Counted from the stretch's first letter, positions 26,650 to 36,610 are shown. The stretch: 64,000 nucleotides of DNA from an uncultured Gammaproteobacteria bacterium (GCA_964452565.1 CAYVLY010000001.1:78638-142637), one strand, 5' to 3'. Notes: a model not told the origin generated them from the sequence alone. Made by a program: numbers and translations.

Positions 26650-28323
26650 ATGGAGGATCTCCTCTTTTTTGAAATAGCCATTGTAATAGTGACTGCAGGC
26701 TTGCTCTCTTTTATAGCGAGAATTTTAAGGCAGCCACTAATAATCGCATATATCATCACTGGACTTCTTGTAGGGCCGGCCATTTTTGGTTTTGCAGAGT
26801 CCTCTGAAGTGTTTGACATGCTTGCAAAGATTGGAATCGCATTCTTGCTCTTCTTGGTAGGACTTCACCTGAACTGGCGAAACATCAAAGATGTTGGAAA
26901 GGTTGCGATCTTCTCGGGGCTTGGTCAGGTGATCATTACAAGCGCTGCTGGGTTTGGAATCACACAGTTACTTGGATTTGATGTTGTAGAGTCAATCTTC
27001 ATTGGAGTCGCTTTTGCATTCTCTAGCACAATCATCATTGTAAAGCTTTTATCAGACAAACAAGACATCGATCGGTTCTATGGAAGGATCAGTGTTGGAA
27101 TACTGATCGTGCAAGATTTGATGGCCATGTTAATCTTGCTTGGCCTGAGTGCATTTAGCCAGGACTCGGGAGGCATCGCTAGCATTGTTGGTATCTCATT
27201 ATTGAAGTTAGTAGCCGTTCTGTTTGTCCTGTGGTTTATGGCGCGCTATATACTACCTCATGTTTTCAAGGCTGCAGCGCGATCTGGCGAACAACTATTC
27301 TTAATCGCGATCGCATGGTGTTTTGCCCTAGCAAGCGGATTAACTTTCTTTGGATTTGGAATTGAGATAGGAGCACTCTTGGCCGGAATTGCATTAGCCG
27401 GAACTGGATTTAGGCGTGAGATTGAATCTCGAATACGACCACTTCGAGATTTCTTCTTGATATTATTCTTTATATACCTTGGAACGCAGCTGCCAATTGA
27501 TACGATAATGTCATCATTGCCGATTGCTCTAGCCTTAAGCGTTTTCATCTTGATTGGAAATCCGCTCATTGTAATTTTTGTACTGAGAATTTTCAAATAT
27601 CATCCACGAACAGGATTTCTATCAGGAGTCACAATGGCGCAAGTTAGTGAGTTTTCATTCATTCTTCTAACTGCTGCAATTGCTGCTGATCTGGTTGGCA
27701 TGGAAACGCTATCAATCGCTACGATTGTTGCAATGATCACCATTACAATCTCATCATACGTCATAAAATACAACGAAGAGATTTATGAGAAGATCGAACC
27801 CTTGTTTAAGTGGCTTGAACATGTTCCAGATACAAAGGAACATGAGAGACGAAAAACAACTCCTTCAATTATTCTATTTGGTTGTCATGGAATGGGGCAG
27901 TCGATTCTTGAGTCAATACAAAAAACAAAATATGAGTATTTGGTTGTAGATCTAGATCCTTCGGTAATCGATGACCTTCAGCAAGATCAGGTGCCGCACA
28001 TGTACGGCGACATGGCAAATCGTGATTTCCTGCATTACATAGTCTCAGAAAAAGCAAAGTTAATTATTTCAACCATTCCTGACGTGAGTGCAAATCGCGA
28101 CATGATGGAATATCTAAAGTCAAAGAAGTCAAAGGCATCTGTGATTGTGACAGCGAAGAATACGTATGATGCAAAGAAAATGTATAAAGCAGGCGCGACC
28201 TATGTTATTGTCCCTGGATTAATGAGCGGAGAGTTGTTCTCGCAGATGCTTTCATCAAAAAAGCTTAAGAAGACTTCATGGATGGCCTCAGCAAAGCGCC
28301 ATAAATGGGCGATTGATAAATAG
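26650..28323 (+). CDS. CPA2 cation:proton antiporter with TrkA-N domain (Kef-like)
   Basis: LRQP.IIAYI.TG, FSST.II.KLL, LIVQDL, QVSEFS, C-terminal RCK domain. Confidence 0.92.
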   Translation: MEDLLFFEIAIVIVTAGLLSFIARILRQPLIIAYIITGLLVGPAIFGFAESSEVFDMLAKIGIAFLLFLVGLHLNWRNIKDVGKVAIFSGLGQVIITSAAGFGITQLLGFDVVESIFIGVAFAFSSTIIIVKLLSDKQDIDRFYGRISVGILIVQDLMAMLILLGLSAFSQDSGGIASIVGISLLKLVAVLFVLWFMARYILPHVFKAAARSGEQLFLIAIAWCFALASGLTFFGFGIEIGALLAGIALAGTGFRREIESRIRPLRDFFLILFFIYLGTQLPIDTIMSSLPIALALSVFILIGNPLIVIFVLRIFKYHPRTGFLSGVTMAQVSEFSFILLTAAIAADLVGMETLSIATIVAMITITISSYVIKYNEEIYEKIEPLFKWLEHVPDTKEHERRKTTPSIILFGCHGMGQSILESIQKTKYEYLVVDLDPSVIDDLQQDQVPHMYGDMANRDFLHYIVSEKAKLIISTIPDVSANRDMMEYLKSKKSKASVIVTAKNTYDAKKMYKAGATYVIVPGLMSGELFSQMLSSKKLKKTSWMASAKRHKWAIDK

Positions 28324-28370
28324 TATTCTCGATATAACGAATTCGTGTTAATCTTTAGTCTATAAAGTTA

Positions 28371-28844
28371 ATGAATATAAGTATGAAAAGAGCAAAAGAA
28401 TTAGCGGCTAGAATAATGGGGGGTAGTCCTGAACAGGGACAAGGAAAGCTTGAACGTGAGGTTAGTCGCGTTGAGGCTGAAATAAAAGAAGGACTCAAGG
28501 ACATGATTCGTTCTGTAGACGCTATTGGGCAGTGGATTGATCAATGGCAAGAGGCTGATCGAGATGAACTTGAAAACAGGTATCAGATGGGTACAGATGA
28601 AAAATTTGCAGGTGCAATACGTCTTGAGAAAGAGGAGGCGATAAATGGTGCTGCTGAATGGGCCGAGTATGCTCATCAGACATTTGCTGATTTAGAGGAT
28701 ATAAAAGGTCTAACTGATGAGGAAATTCAGTTAATGCATGATAAGCTTGATGAGGTGGACCGATTGGTTGAGACATCGACTGGAGGGCTCAAGAAAGACA
28801 TTCAATCAAGAATAGATCAGCTTAGAACAAGTGCGGCAGCATAA
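28371..28844 (+). CDS. Hypothetical helical protein
   Basis: 157 aa, host-like composition. Confidence 0.65.
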   Translation: MNISMKRAKELAARIMGGSPEQGQGKLEREVSRVEAEIKEGLKDMIRSVDAIGQWIDQWQEADRDELENRYQMGTDEKFAGAIRLEKEEAINGAAEWAEYAHQTFADLEDIKGLTDEEIQLMHDKLDEVDRLVETSTGGLKKDIQSRIDQLRTSAAA

Positions 28845-28847
28845 AAG

Positions 28848-28888
28848 TTGACACAAAGAAATTAGCACTCTATAATGCAGAGTGCTAA
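28848..28888 (+). promoter_or_regulatory. Consensus sigma70 promoter overlapping a perfect CIRCE operator
   Basis: TTGACA 28848-N17-TATAAT 28871; TTAGCACTC-N9-GAGTGCTAA at 28862-28888. Confidence 0.97.
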
Positions 28889-28898
28889 TTTTATTTCT

Positions 28899-29594
28899 GT
28901 GTTAAACGAACGTCAGCTAAAAATTCTATCAGCAATCGTTGAAGAGTATGTGGCCACTGCACAACCTGTTGCTTCGCGTACATTGGTAAACAAGTACGCG
29001 TTTTCTGTTTCTCCGGCAACAATACGAAACGATATGGTTTTGCTTGAATCAGAAGGGCTTCTGCGTCAGCCACACACGTCTGCAGGACGCGTTCCAACCG
29101 AGGAAGGTTATCGAATCTATCTTGAGACCTTTGTAAAGCGTTCACGATCAAATCGAACTAGCACACAAATGCAGCAAGCTGTTGAGCAGGCACAAACACC
29201 GCGTCAGTTAGTTCGTGAGATGGCTCAATGTCTGACTCGACTATCTGGAGAGACTGCAGTCGCATCACTAGACACCGGGTGGAATCACTACACCGGAATA
29301 TCGAAGTTATTTGATAAGCCTGAGTTTAGTGATGTAGCAACACTGCGTGCACTTTCAAGTGTGGTTGATGGTTTTGATCAGACTCTTCGCGATATCTTTG
29401 GCGACATTGAAGATGACGTGAACATTTGGATTGGTGGAGAGAATCCGTTTGGAGAGCAGATCGCAACAATGATGGTTAAGTATCGATTACCAAACGGAAT
29501 GATCGGAACACTTGGACTTATCGGCCCAATGCGAATGAATTATGAAAAAAATATCTGCTTGCTTGAGCAGGCTAAAGACATATTAGATGCTTAG
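28899..29594 (+). CDS. hrcA: Heat-inducible transcription repressor HrcA (short form)
   Basis: ERQ..IL.AIV..Y, SPATIRNDM, PHTSAGRVPT..GYR, G.IGP.RMNY; likely GTG start at 28899. Confidence 0.93.
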   Translation: MLNERQLKILSAIVEEYVATAQPVASRTLVNKYAFSVSPATIRNDMVLLESEGLLRQPHTSAGRVPTEEGYRIYLETFVKRSRSNRTSTQMQQAVEQAQTPRQLVREMAQCLTRLSGETAVASLDTGWNHYTGISKLFDKPEFSDVATLRALSSVVDGFDQTLRDIFGDIEDDVNIWIGGENPFGEQIATMMVKYRLPNGMIGTLGLIGPMRMNYEKNICLLEQAKDILDA

Positions 29595-29596
29595 AT

Positions 29597-30145
29597 ATGA
29601 AGAAGGATAAAAGTAAAAAGTTGAAAGATCAAAGTCGAGTAGATTCTTCGGCTGCGCCTCAGAATGACACTTCCACTTGTCATCCTGAACGGAGTGAAGG
29701 ATCTACTGAGTGCGAGAAGTGCGCCGAGTACTTAGCGGGCTGGAAACGCGCGCTGGCAGATTATGAGAATATGAAGGCAGATATTGATAAGGTCAGATCT
29801 CATAATCGCGATCAGATCAAGATCGACCTAGCGCTAAGCCTCTTGCCTGTGATGGACAACTTCGATCAGGCTGTAAGTCATGCGCCAGAAGCGTCAGATG
29901 CTATCGAAACTTGGCTTCAGGGTGTAAAGTTCATCAAAAAGCAGTTTGAGGATGTATTTGAGGAGATGGGACTGGAGATGATCGATACTTCGATCGAATT
30001 CGATCATAATCTACATGAAGCGGTAGAAGAGCGCGAAGAAAAGGGGTCAGACCCGGGAAGGATCATAGAAGTTCAACAAACCGGCTGGAAGATTGGGTAT
30101 CGAATACTAAGGCCGGCTAAGGTGATAATAAATAAATTAAAATAA
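29597..30145 (+). CDS. grpE: Nucleotide exchange factor GrpE
   Basis: RALADYEN, LLPVMDNF, FD..LHEAV, LRPAKV; lies between hrcA and dnaK. Confidence 0.95.
   Translation: MKKDKSKKLKDQSRVDSSAAPQNDTSTCHPERSEGSTECEKCAEYLAGWKRALADYENMKADIDKVRSHNRDQIKIDLALSLLPVMDNFDQAVSHAPEASDAIETWLQGVKFIKKQFEDVFEEMGLEMIDTSIEFDHNLHEAVEEREEKGSDPGRIIEVQQTGWKIGYRILRPAKVIINKLK
29638..29707. repeat. REP-like palindrome in-frame inside grpE
   Basis: AGTAGATTCTTC..CTCAGAATGACA..TGTCATCCTGAACGGAGTGAAGGATCTACT; same family as 58559-58638. Confidence 0.85.
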
Positions 30146-30146
30146 T

Positions 30147-30269
30147 TGTCATCCTGAGCGAGTCGATTCGTCGCCGGCCGTCGCTAAAGCTATGGCCGGT
30201 CCGCCGAAGCTTTATGCGAAGGCGGAAAGGATCCCTGTAAGAGATTTCTCGGCTTCGCTCGGAATGACG
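30147..30269. repeat. GTCAT-type REP-like element with nested smaller palindromes
   Basis: TGTCATCCTGAGCG..GGATCC..AGATTTCTCG..CGGAATGACG containing CCGCCGAAGCTTTATGCGAAGGCGG. Confidence 0.8.
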
Positions 30270-30295
30270 AAGAATAAATAAAACAATAAAAACAT

Positions 30296-32269
30296 ATGCC
30301 AAAGATTCTAGGAATTGATTTAGGAACTACAAACTCAGCTATGGCTGTGATGGAGGGTGGTTCACCAAAGATCCTTGAGAACAAAGAAGGATCACGCACA
30401 ACACCTTCAATGGTGGCGGTTACAAAGAATAATGAGCGCTTGGCTGGAACACCTGCAAAGCGTCAAGCTGTTACAAACCCAAAAGATACACTCTTTTCGA
30501 TCAAACGACTTATCGGACGAAGATTCAATGATGAAGAGGTTAAGTATGACATGGAGCACATGCCATATGAGATTGTTGCACGTGGAGAAGGTGTGGGTAT
30601 CAAAATGGGTGATAAGGAATACACACCGCAGCAGGTTGGTGCAATGGTTTTGCAAAAGATGAAAGCAGATGCTGAGGAAAAGACTGGTGAGACAATCACA
30701 GAAGCAGTGATCACGGTTCCTGCTTACTTTGATGATGCACAGCGACAAGCTACAAAGGATGCAGGTGAGATTGCAGGGCTTAAGGTCCTCCGAATCATCA
30801 ACGAGCCAACTGCGGCCGCACTCGCTTATGGATTTGATAAAAAGGTTGGTCAGCAAGTTCTGGTGTACGATCTAGGTGGTGGAACTTTTGACGTGTCAGT
30901 GCTCGACGTATCTGAAAATACCGTTGAGGTTCTATCAACCAATGGTGACACTCACCTTGGAGGAGATGACTTTGATAAGGCGATTATCGACTGGATTATC
31001 ATGGAGTTTAAGGCGCAAGAAGGTGTAGATCTTTCTGGAGACCCACTTGCTATGCAACGTGTAAAAGACGCAGCAGAGCGGGCTAAGATTGAGTTATCCA
31101 CAGCAGCACAAACTGAGATCAATCAACCATTCATTACTTCAGGAGCAGAAGGGCCAAAACACTTGGTTATGACTTTGACACGCGCAAAGCTTGAGGAGCT
31201 AATTATGCCGCTTGTTGAAAAGACTCTTGAGCCAGTTAAGAAAGCACTTAACGATGCAAAGCTTCAACCGTCAGACATCGAAGAGATCATCTTGGTTGGA
31301 GGGATGACACGAATGCCAGTGATCGGAAAGAAAGTAGAAGAGTTTTTCAGTAAGAAGCCAAATGCGACTGTAAACCCAGATGAAGTTGTTGCAATGGGTG
31401 CAGCAATCCAGGCTGGTGTTCTTCAAGGTGATGTTAAGGATGTGCTGTTGCTTGATGTGACTCCACTGTCTCTCGGAATCGAAACTATGGGTGGAGTGTT
31501 TACAAAGCTTATCGAGAGAAACACAACAATTCCTACAACCAAGAGTCAAATCTTTTCTACTGCAGCTGATAGTCAGCCTTCTGTTGAAATTAAAGTTTAC
31601 CAAGGTGAGCGTCAGATGGCTGCTGACAACAAGGTTCTTGGACGGTTCATGTTGGACGGAATCCCACCAGCACCACGAGGAGTTCCACAGATCGAAGTTA
31701 GTTTCGATATCGATGCGAACGGAATCCTTAATGTTTCTGCAAAAGATAAGGGAACTGGTAAGGAGCAGAAGATTACCATTCAGGCATCTTCAGGATTGTC
31801 GGACGAAGAGGTTGAAAAGATGAAGCAGGATGCAGAGGCTCATGCTGATGAGGATAAAAAGAAAAAAGAGAGCGTAGAAGTTAAAAATGTTGCAGATACC
31901 ATGGTGTATACTGCAGAGAAGATGCTGATCGATGGTAAGGACAAAATCGACGAGGCTGAAGCAAAGAATGTTCAAGAAAAGATTGACGCTCTTAAAGACG
32001 TTAAGGATAGTGAAGATATTGAAAAGATCAAAGCTGTGTCTGAAGAACTATCAAAGGTTGCTCAGGAAGTTGGAGCAAAGATGTATCAAGCTGAGCAGGC
32101 AGAACAGAACCCAGAAGCCAGTACCCAGAACCCAGCCGAAGGTCACGAGCAAAGTCGAGGGGAAGGCGACGACGTAAAAGACGCGGATTTTGAGGAGGTG
32201 AAAGAGGAAAAGAAGGACGAAGGCGCTGACGCCGCTGATCAAACTGATCAAGGATCGGAAAATAAATAA
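30296..32269 (+). CDS. dnaK: Chaperone DnaK
   Basis: [36 protein letters not shown]. Confidence 0.99.
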   Translation: MPKILGIDLGTTNSAMAVMEGGSPKILENKEGSRTTPSMVAVTKNNERLAGTPAKRQAVTNPKDTLFSIKRLIGRRFNDEEVKYDMEHMPYEIVARGEGVGIKMGDKEYTPQQVGAMVLQKMKADAEEKTGETITEAVITVPAYFDDAQRQATKDAGEIAGLKVLRIINEPTAAALAYGFDKKVGQQVLVYDLGGGTFDVSVLDVSENTVEVLSTNGDTHLGGDDFDKAIIDWIIMEFKAQEGVDLSGDPLAMQRVKDAAERAKIELSTAAQTEINQPFITSGAEGPKHLVMTLTRAKLEELIMPLVEKTLEPVKKALNDAKLQPSDIEEIILVGGMTRMPVIGKKVEEFFSKKPNATVNPDEVVAMGAAIQAGVLQGDVKDVLLLDVTPLSLGIETMGGVFTKLIERNTTIPTTKSQIFSTAADSQPSVEIKVYQGERQMAADNKVLGRFMLDGIPPAPRGVPQIEVSFDIDANGILNVSAKDKGTGKEQKITIQASSGLSDEEVEKMKQDAEAHADEDKKKKESVEVKNVADTMVYTAEKMLIDGKDKIDEAEAKNVQEKIDALKDVKDSEDIEKIKAVSEELSKVAQEVGAKMYQAEQAEQNPEASTQNPAEGHEQSRGEGDDVKDADFEEVKEEKKDEGADAADQTDQGSENK

Positions 32270-32276
32270 CCCCTCT

Positions 32277-32334
32277 CGTCCATCCCGACGTGAGGAGGGA
32301 TCCCGGCCGGGCTGACGCATTTATCGCCCGGCCG
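32277..32334. repeat. REP-like half element plus hairpin
   Basis: CGTCCATCCCGACGTGAGGAGGGATCCC; related to 38134-38250. Confidence 0.55.
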
Positions 32335-32353
32335 TCGATCTGATTAACCCACC

Positions 32354-32563
32354 ATGCATATGTTTAGTAAGAAAGAAAAACCAAAAAGGAATATATTGCT
32401 TCGGCTTGTAATCGGAGTAGGTTCGTTTGTGATGTGGCTACTTAGCTTTAAGGCCGTTCGATCCTGGATTTGGAAACGAGTTGAGTCAAAAGGTAGAGAA
32501 AAGATAATCGATGCGAAAGCAAAGGTTGTAGAAAAAAGTGAGAAAAAGAGATTTTTAAAGTAG
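32354..32563 (+). CDS. Small single-TM hypothetical protein
   Basis: 69 aa, operon-like spacing. Confidence 0.55.
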   Translation: MHMFSKKEKPKRNILLRLVIGVGSFVMWLLSFKAVRSWIWKRVESKGREKIIDAKAKVVEKSEKKRFLK

Positions 32564-32565
32564 TT

Positions 32566-32988
32566 ATGGTCTTAAGTAATGTAAAAAAATTCCTAAAGCC
32601 ACACCGTCTATTGCTTTTATCAATGGCTGTTTTTGCTGTTGCTATATGGCTGGCAATGCATATTTTATTGGATAACCTATGCCTTGTTCCATACTGTAAC
32701 CAATACGATCATTTTTGGCTTGCATGGGTCCTTATCCCAATAATGGTTGTGATAGCCATTTTCTCGATACCAATTTTAATTGCATTTGGAATTTGTCACT
32801 TTCTGTACATGTCTTTTGGTTACCAGGATATGACGATTTGGGCTTGGGTGATGGTGAAAATGTATGATATTGGATTCATGAATGTCAGAGAGATATTATC
32901 CATTTTAATATCGGTATTTGGAGGGGTTATATATGGTGGTATTTTCTATTCGATTGTAAGCATTCCAATAAAAAAGATGCGTAAATAA
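32566..32988 (+). CDS. Hypothetical membrane protein
   Basis: 140 aa, 3 hydrophobic segments, between dnaK and dnaJ. Confidence 0.6.
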   Translation: MVLSNVKKFLKPHRLLLLSMAVFAVAIWLAMHILLDNLCLVPYCNQYDHFWLAWVLIPIMVVIAIFSIPILIAFGICHFLYMSFGYQDMTIWAWVMVKMYDIGFMNVREILSILISVFGGVIYGGIFYSIVSIPIKKMRK

Positions 32989-33009
32989 TGATTTTGGAAT
33001 GAAGTAGCT

Positions 33010-34065
33010 ATGAGCAAAGACTATTACAAGATTTTAGGGGTGGAAAAGGGTGCGGATAAGAATGAGATCAAGCGTGCTTTTAGGAAACTTGCGCATGAGC
33101 ATCATCCAGATAAGGGTGGTGATCAGGATAAGTTCAAGGAGATAAATGAGGCGTATCAAGTTTTATCAGATGATACTAAGCGATCGCAGTACGATCAGTT
33201 TGGTTCTACTTTTGATCAAGCTGGTGGTGCTGGCGGATTTGGTGGGTTTGGTGGTCAGGGATTCTCTGGTCAAGGCATGAACTTTGAAGATCTTGGAGAT
33301 ATGTTCTCAGGTATGTTTAGTAGAGGCGGAGGTCGATCAAGACGTGCACAAGGATCTCATATCCAAGTCGACATGCAGCTAAGCTTCAAAGAAGCTGTGT
33401 TTGGTGTTGAAAAGGAAATCCAAGTATCAAAAAATAATAGTTGTGATCGTTGTGGTGGTGTTGGATCAGAGCCAGGCAGTTCAATGAAGACCTGTTCGAC
33501 ATGTTCAGGATCAGGAGTTCAAGAGAAAGTTCAGCAGACTATTCTTGGGTCGATCAAAGCTAGAACTGCTTGTGAGTCATGCCAGGGACGCGGAGAGGAA
33601 CCAGAAGATCCATGTTCGACCTGCGGAGGAAGCGGAATGGAATATGGAAAAAAGTCATTACGCGTTGAAGTTCCTGCAGGAGTCGATAATGGTATGAAGA
33701 TCCGCGTGCGCGGTCAGGGCGAGTCTATTGGCGCTTCTGGCGTTGCAGGTGATCTTTACGTAGTTTTGTATGTTAAGCCTGACCCAAGGTTTGAACGCGT
33801 TGGAGAGCATATTTATACGCATCACAAGATTGGATTCACACAAGCGGCATTAGGTGATGAGGTTTCGATTGAAACGCTTAATGGAAAAGTAAAGCTAAAG
33901 GTTCCGTCAGGAACCCAGAGCAGTGATAAGCTTCGGTTGCGAGGTAAAGGTGTGCCAAAGGCGCGAGGTCGTGGAGATATGATTGTTGTAGTTCAAGTTG
34001 TAACGCCAAAGAAGGTTTCGAGGAAACAAAAGAAGCTGTTGGGAGAGTTAGACCTAAAAGAATAA
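33010..34065 (+). CDS. dnaJ: Chaperone DnaJ
   Basis: J domain HPD, G/F region, four CxxCxGxG repeats. Confidence 0.98.
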   Translation: MSKDYYKILGVEKGADKNEIKRAFRKLAHEHHPDKGGDQDKFKEINEAYQVLSDDTKRSQYDQFGSTFDQAGGAGGFGGFGGQGFSGQGMNFEDLGDMFSGMFSRGGGRSRRAQGSHIQVDMQLSFKEAVFGVEKEIQVSKNNSCDRCGGVGSEPGSSMKTCSTCSGSGVQEKVQQTILGSIKARTACESCQGRGEEPEDPCSTCGGSGMEYGKKSLRVEVPAGVDNGMKIRVRGQGESIGASGVAGDLYVVLYVKPDPRFERVGEHIYTHHKIGFTQAALGDEVSIETLNGKVKLKVPSGTQSSDKLRLRGKGVPKARGRGDMIVVVQVVTPKKVSRKQKKLLGELDLKE

Positions 34066-34071
34066 TCAGAT

Positions 34072-34290
34072 CGGGGCATCCTGCCCCGTACCCCTGGCCC
34101 CATTTCTTTGGAGCAGCAAAGAAATGGGGAAAAGAAACTGCTGGCCCATACTGCGTTCGTCCAGGCGTACCCCTTGTCATACAGACGGGCATTTTGAGGA
34201 TCTGGTTTGTATCTATGGATAAACCAGACCGGCAAAATGCTATTCCGTCTTCCTGCCAGGGGACAAGCCTGAACGTACTCGTGGTGGGCC
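34072..34290. ncRNA. Candidate structured RNA/ssDNA element: hairpin, pseudoknot and long rod
   Basis: Stems read directly from sequence (see findings); no credible ORF. Confidence 0.5.
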
Positions 34291-34344
34291 TAAAATGCTA
34301 AGAGCCGGGTCGCGTCAAAATTGGCTGGGGACTCAGTTGAGAAT

Positions 34345-34374
34345 TACAAGAACCGGCATATGCCGGTTCTTGTA
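34345..34374. terminator. Perfect 30-bp palindrome
   Basis: TACAAGAACCGGCAT|ATGCCGGTTCTTGTA. Confidence 0.65.
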
Positions 34375-34384
34375 CATCTTCATT

Positions 34385-34517
34385 AAAAAAAGGAGCCGCC
34401 GAGGTAAGTCGGCGGCTGTGTGAGTTGTCCAAGACTCACAGAGACGCATGACCCAAGCCTCCCTTCGCTTGAATCATCATGAAGAAGTGGATGGCCCTAG
34501 CTCATCGGTACATCCAC
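34385..34517 (-). ncRNA. Candidate sRNA or emptied cassette of about 130 nt
   Basis: TTGCTT-N16-TATTAT upstream, two hairpins, intrinsic terminator 34394-34417 plus U7. Confidence 0.4.
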
Positions 34518-34586
34518 AAAAATAATATCAAAAATTGTTGAAAAAGCAAGAGCCGCAGCCTGTGTAGGCTGCGGACTGACGACGGG

Positions 34587-35138
34587 CTAGTGAAGCGTAA
34601 CCTCAGTATCAAGCGCATCAAAGAGCTCAGCTATGAGGTCTACAAGGTCCTGTAGTAGCCTGACGCCACCTTCAAGATCATTGGTTTGTCTCAGAGTCAG
34701 GACGTTAGCTTCAGAAAGTAGGCTATTAGCCATGCTGCGTACCATATAAGCTGCAGTAAATGCAGCCATGAATGTGGAACTGGCCACACTGCCTTCCTCA
34801 AGTGCTATATGAATGATTGCAACATATTCACCCCACTGCTGATAGTCCACTCTCGTAGGCCTGTGATGCATGATTTTTGATTGACAAATCAACACATCCA
34901 GAGCCGGATCAGAGTCGCAAGCTCTATAGATCAGACGCAATTCCTTGAGAAGAAGCTCAACGGAAATGTGCAGTTGAATAAGGTGACAGCGTATAGGCCC
35001 GTAGGATAGCCAAGGTGTGCCATGCGTGATGCCGTAGATGAGTTGCCTGTTGGATGCTATAGCGCACTGGCGTATTATGCGAAGGTGCTGATCAATCCTT
35101 GGAAGGATTGTATCTCGAATCTCAGTTACCGTAGACAC
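34587..35138 (-). CDS. Hypothetical helical protein (orphan)
   Basis: TTGACT-N17-TACGAT (35195-35167); AACCCTGGAGGAATC before GTG 35138; hairpin about 34553-34574. Confidence 0.65.
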   Translation of the reverse strand: MSTVTEIRDTILPRIDQHLRIIRQCAIASNRQLIYGITHGTPWLSYGPIRCHLIQLHISVELLLKELRLIYRACDSDPALDVLICQSKIMHHRPTRVDYQQWGEYVAIIHIALEEGSVASSTFMAAFTAAYMVRSMANSLLSEANVLTLRQTNDLEGGVRLLQDLVDLIAELFDALDTEVTLH

Positions 35139-35213
35139 GATTCCTCCAGGGTTAATGTTCGCGGAGATCGTAGCTGTTTCCCAGACTTGAGTCAACTTTG
35201 ATATACTGAATAT

Positions 35214-35744
35214 ATGCCGGAGGATTTGATCGAAATAGACTCCATTGAGGGAGTAACCGAGTTTGTTCAAAACACGTCGTACTTCACGTGGGATGCTTTG
35301 GTTGTGATTGGGTTGATTGTTTTGATATGCGCGTATGGTTTCACATTTGGTAAAGACTTTGTTGTGCCTTTGTTGGTTTCTGTTTATGTCGCAGGTTTTG
35401 TAATGGCGTTTGTGCCGTATGTGGAGTGGTTGCGAGGACTGATCGAAGCAGACACTGGAATTGCATCATCGATCGTATTTATCGGAATTTTGTTGATCGT
35501 ATTCTTTATTCTCAAGTCAAACGGATTTTTTGAACCTTATATAGTGCCCACGGGCTTTGAACTTGCTACGTTTTGTATTGGGATAACTGGGCTGACCTTA
35601 GTGATAGTTGCAAGTTTTATGGGTGAAGAGATGATTGCAAGCTTTTCGCCGCTAGTTCGATCTGTGTTTGTTGGCGATATACAAATGACAGCATGGGCCC
35701 TGGTGCCAGTTGTTTTGTTGGTTTTGATAAGAGGCGAGACCTAA
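35214..35744 (+). CDS. Hypothetical integral membrane protein
   Basis: About 5 TM; TATACT 6 nt before ATG. Confidence 0.75.
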   Translation: MPEDLIEIDSIEGVTEFVQNTSYFTWDALVVIGLIVLICAYGFTFGKDFVVPLLVSVYVAGFVMAFVPYVEWLRGLIEADTGIASSIVFIGILLIVFFILKSNGFFEPYIVPTGFELATFCIGITGLTLVIVASFMGEEMIASFSPLVRSVFVGDIQMTAWALVPVVLLVLIRGET

Positions 35745-35751
35745 AACATAC

Positions 35752-35844
35752 CTCCCACTTCCCCTGCCTACCGGCAGGCAGGCAAGGGGGAGATAGCCTG
35801 CCGGTCGAAGCTCCGACAGGAGCGAAGTCCGGAGGGGGTTGCCG
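35752..35844. repeat. Nested composite of three palindromic repeat families
   Basis: CCTGCCTACCGGCAGGCAGG (35763-35782) and 35797-35832 interrupt a 37-nt element matching dnaX 43076-43112. Confidence 0.8.
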
Positions 35845-35944
35845 TTTTTGATCTAAGCGTCATTCATTGACGTTTTTCTTTTTTTATGACAATATGCGCA
35901 GTCATCAGGAATAACCCTGATAGATCATTCACATGGGGGACGAG

Positions 35945-36610
35945 ATGGACCAGCATAGCTTCTGGAGCCCAAAACCTGACCATGATGCAATGGTCTACTG
36001 GCTCTTCTCAGGCTTTCTGAATTCAGATTTCAATGCGCAAGTACTTGTAAAGGGATGCCTTCAGCATGTACGAGTGTTTGGAATGTGGTGCCGTGAGGAT
36101 TTCCACAGCAAGGAAGACACTAGTGGAGCCTTTAACTGGACTGACCACGAATGGACATGGTATGCACATAGGCAGCCAGAGCGAGCTGCTGATGGGTATG
36201 TGGTTGGACAGTACTTCCAGAAATCGCCCATCAAGGCAGATACATCGTTGGTCCGAGGTTCCCAAACACATATTCGAACACTGGCCTATAGGGTGTTTCA
36301 CCAGAATCTGGTGCCTGAAAATGCTGCAAGTATCACCACGGCCACTGCTCATCCCATTGAGGTTAGAAGACTGATCCCATCGATCATCGACACCTCGAAA
36401 ACCTTCAGTTTCTCCCCAATGAGTTTTTCACTGGGCGATTCTGATGAAGTAATTGCATGCTCAGTGGGCATCTTCCATTGCTACAAATCCAAACCTCGTG
36501 CCCCAAGATTCATCTGGGCTGGAGAGGTCTTGATTGATGGCATGTGGTATCTAGCAATAGCTACCATTCGGATAAAGAGACCCACAATCCTTCGCATCTA
36601 CGGACTCTAG
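35945..36610 (+). CDS. Hypothetical protein (orphan)
   Basis: TTGACG-N17-CAATAT at 35867; GGGGGA before ATG 35945 (alternative start 35933). Confidence 0.6.
   Translation: MDQHSFWSPKPDHDAMVYWLFSGFLNSDFNAQVLVKGCLQHVRVFGMWCREDFHSKEDTSGAFNWTDHEWTWYAHRQPERAADGYVVGQYFQKSPIKADTSLVRGSQTHIRTLAYRVFHQNLVPENAASITTATAHPIEVRRLIPSIIDTSKTFSFSPMSFSLGDSDEVIACSVGIFHCYKSKPRAPRFIWAGEVLIDGMWYLAIATIRIKRPTILRIYGL

Noticed and set aside
31094-31102. TTATCCACA inside dnaK
   Set aside because: Coding context (ELST); compatible with chance.
35139-35270. N-terminal extension of ORF 34587-35270
   Set aside because: Overlaps its own promoter and the divergent gene; the SD supports GTG at 35138.
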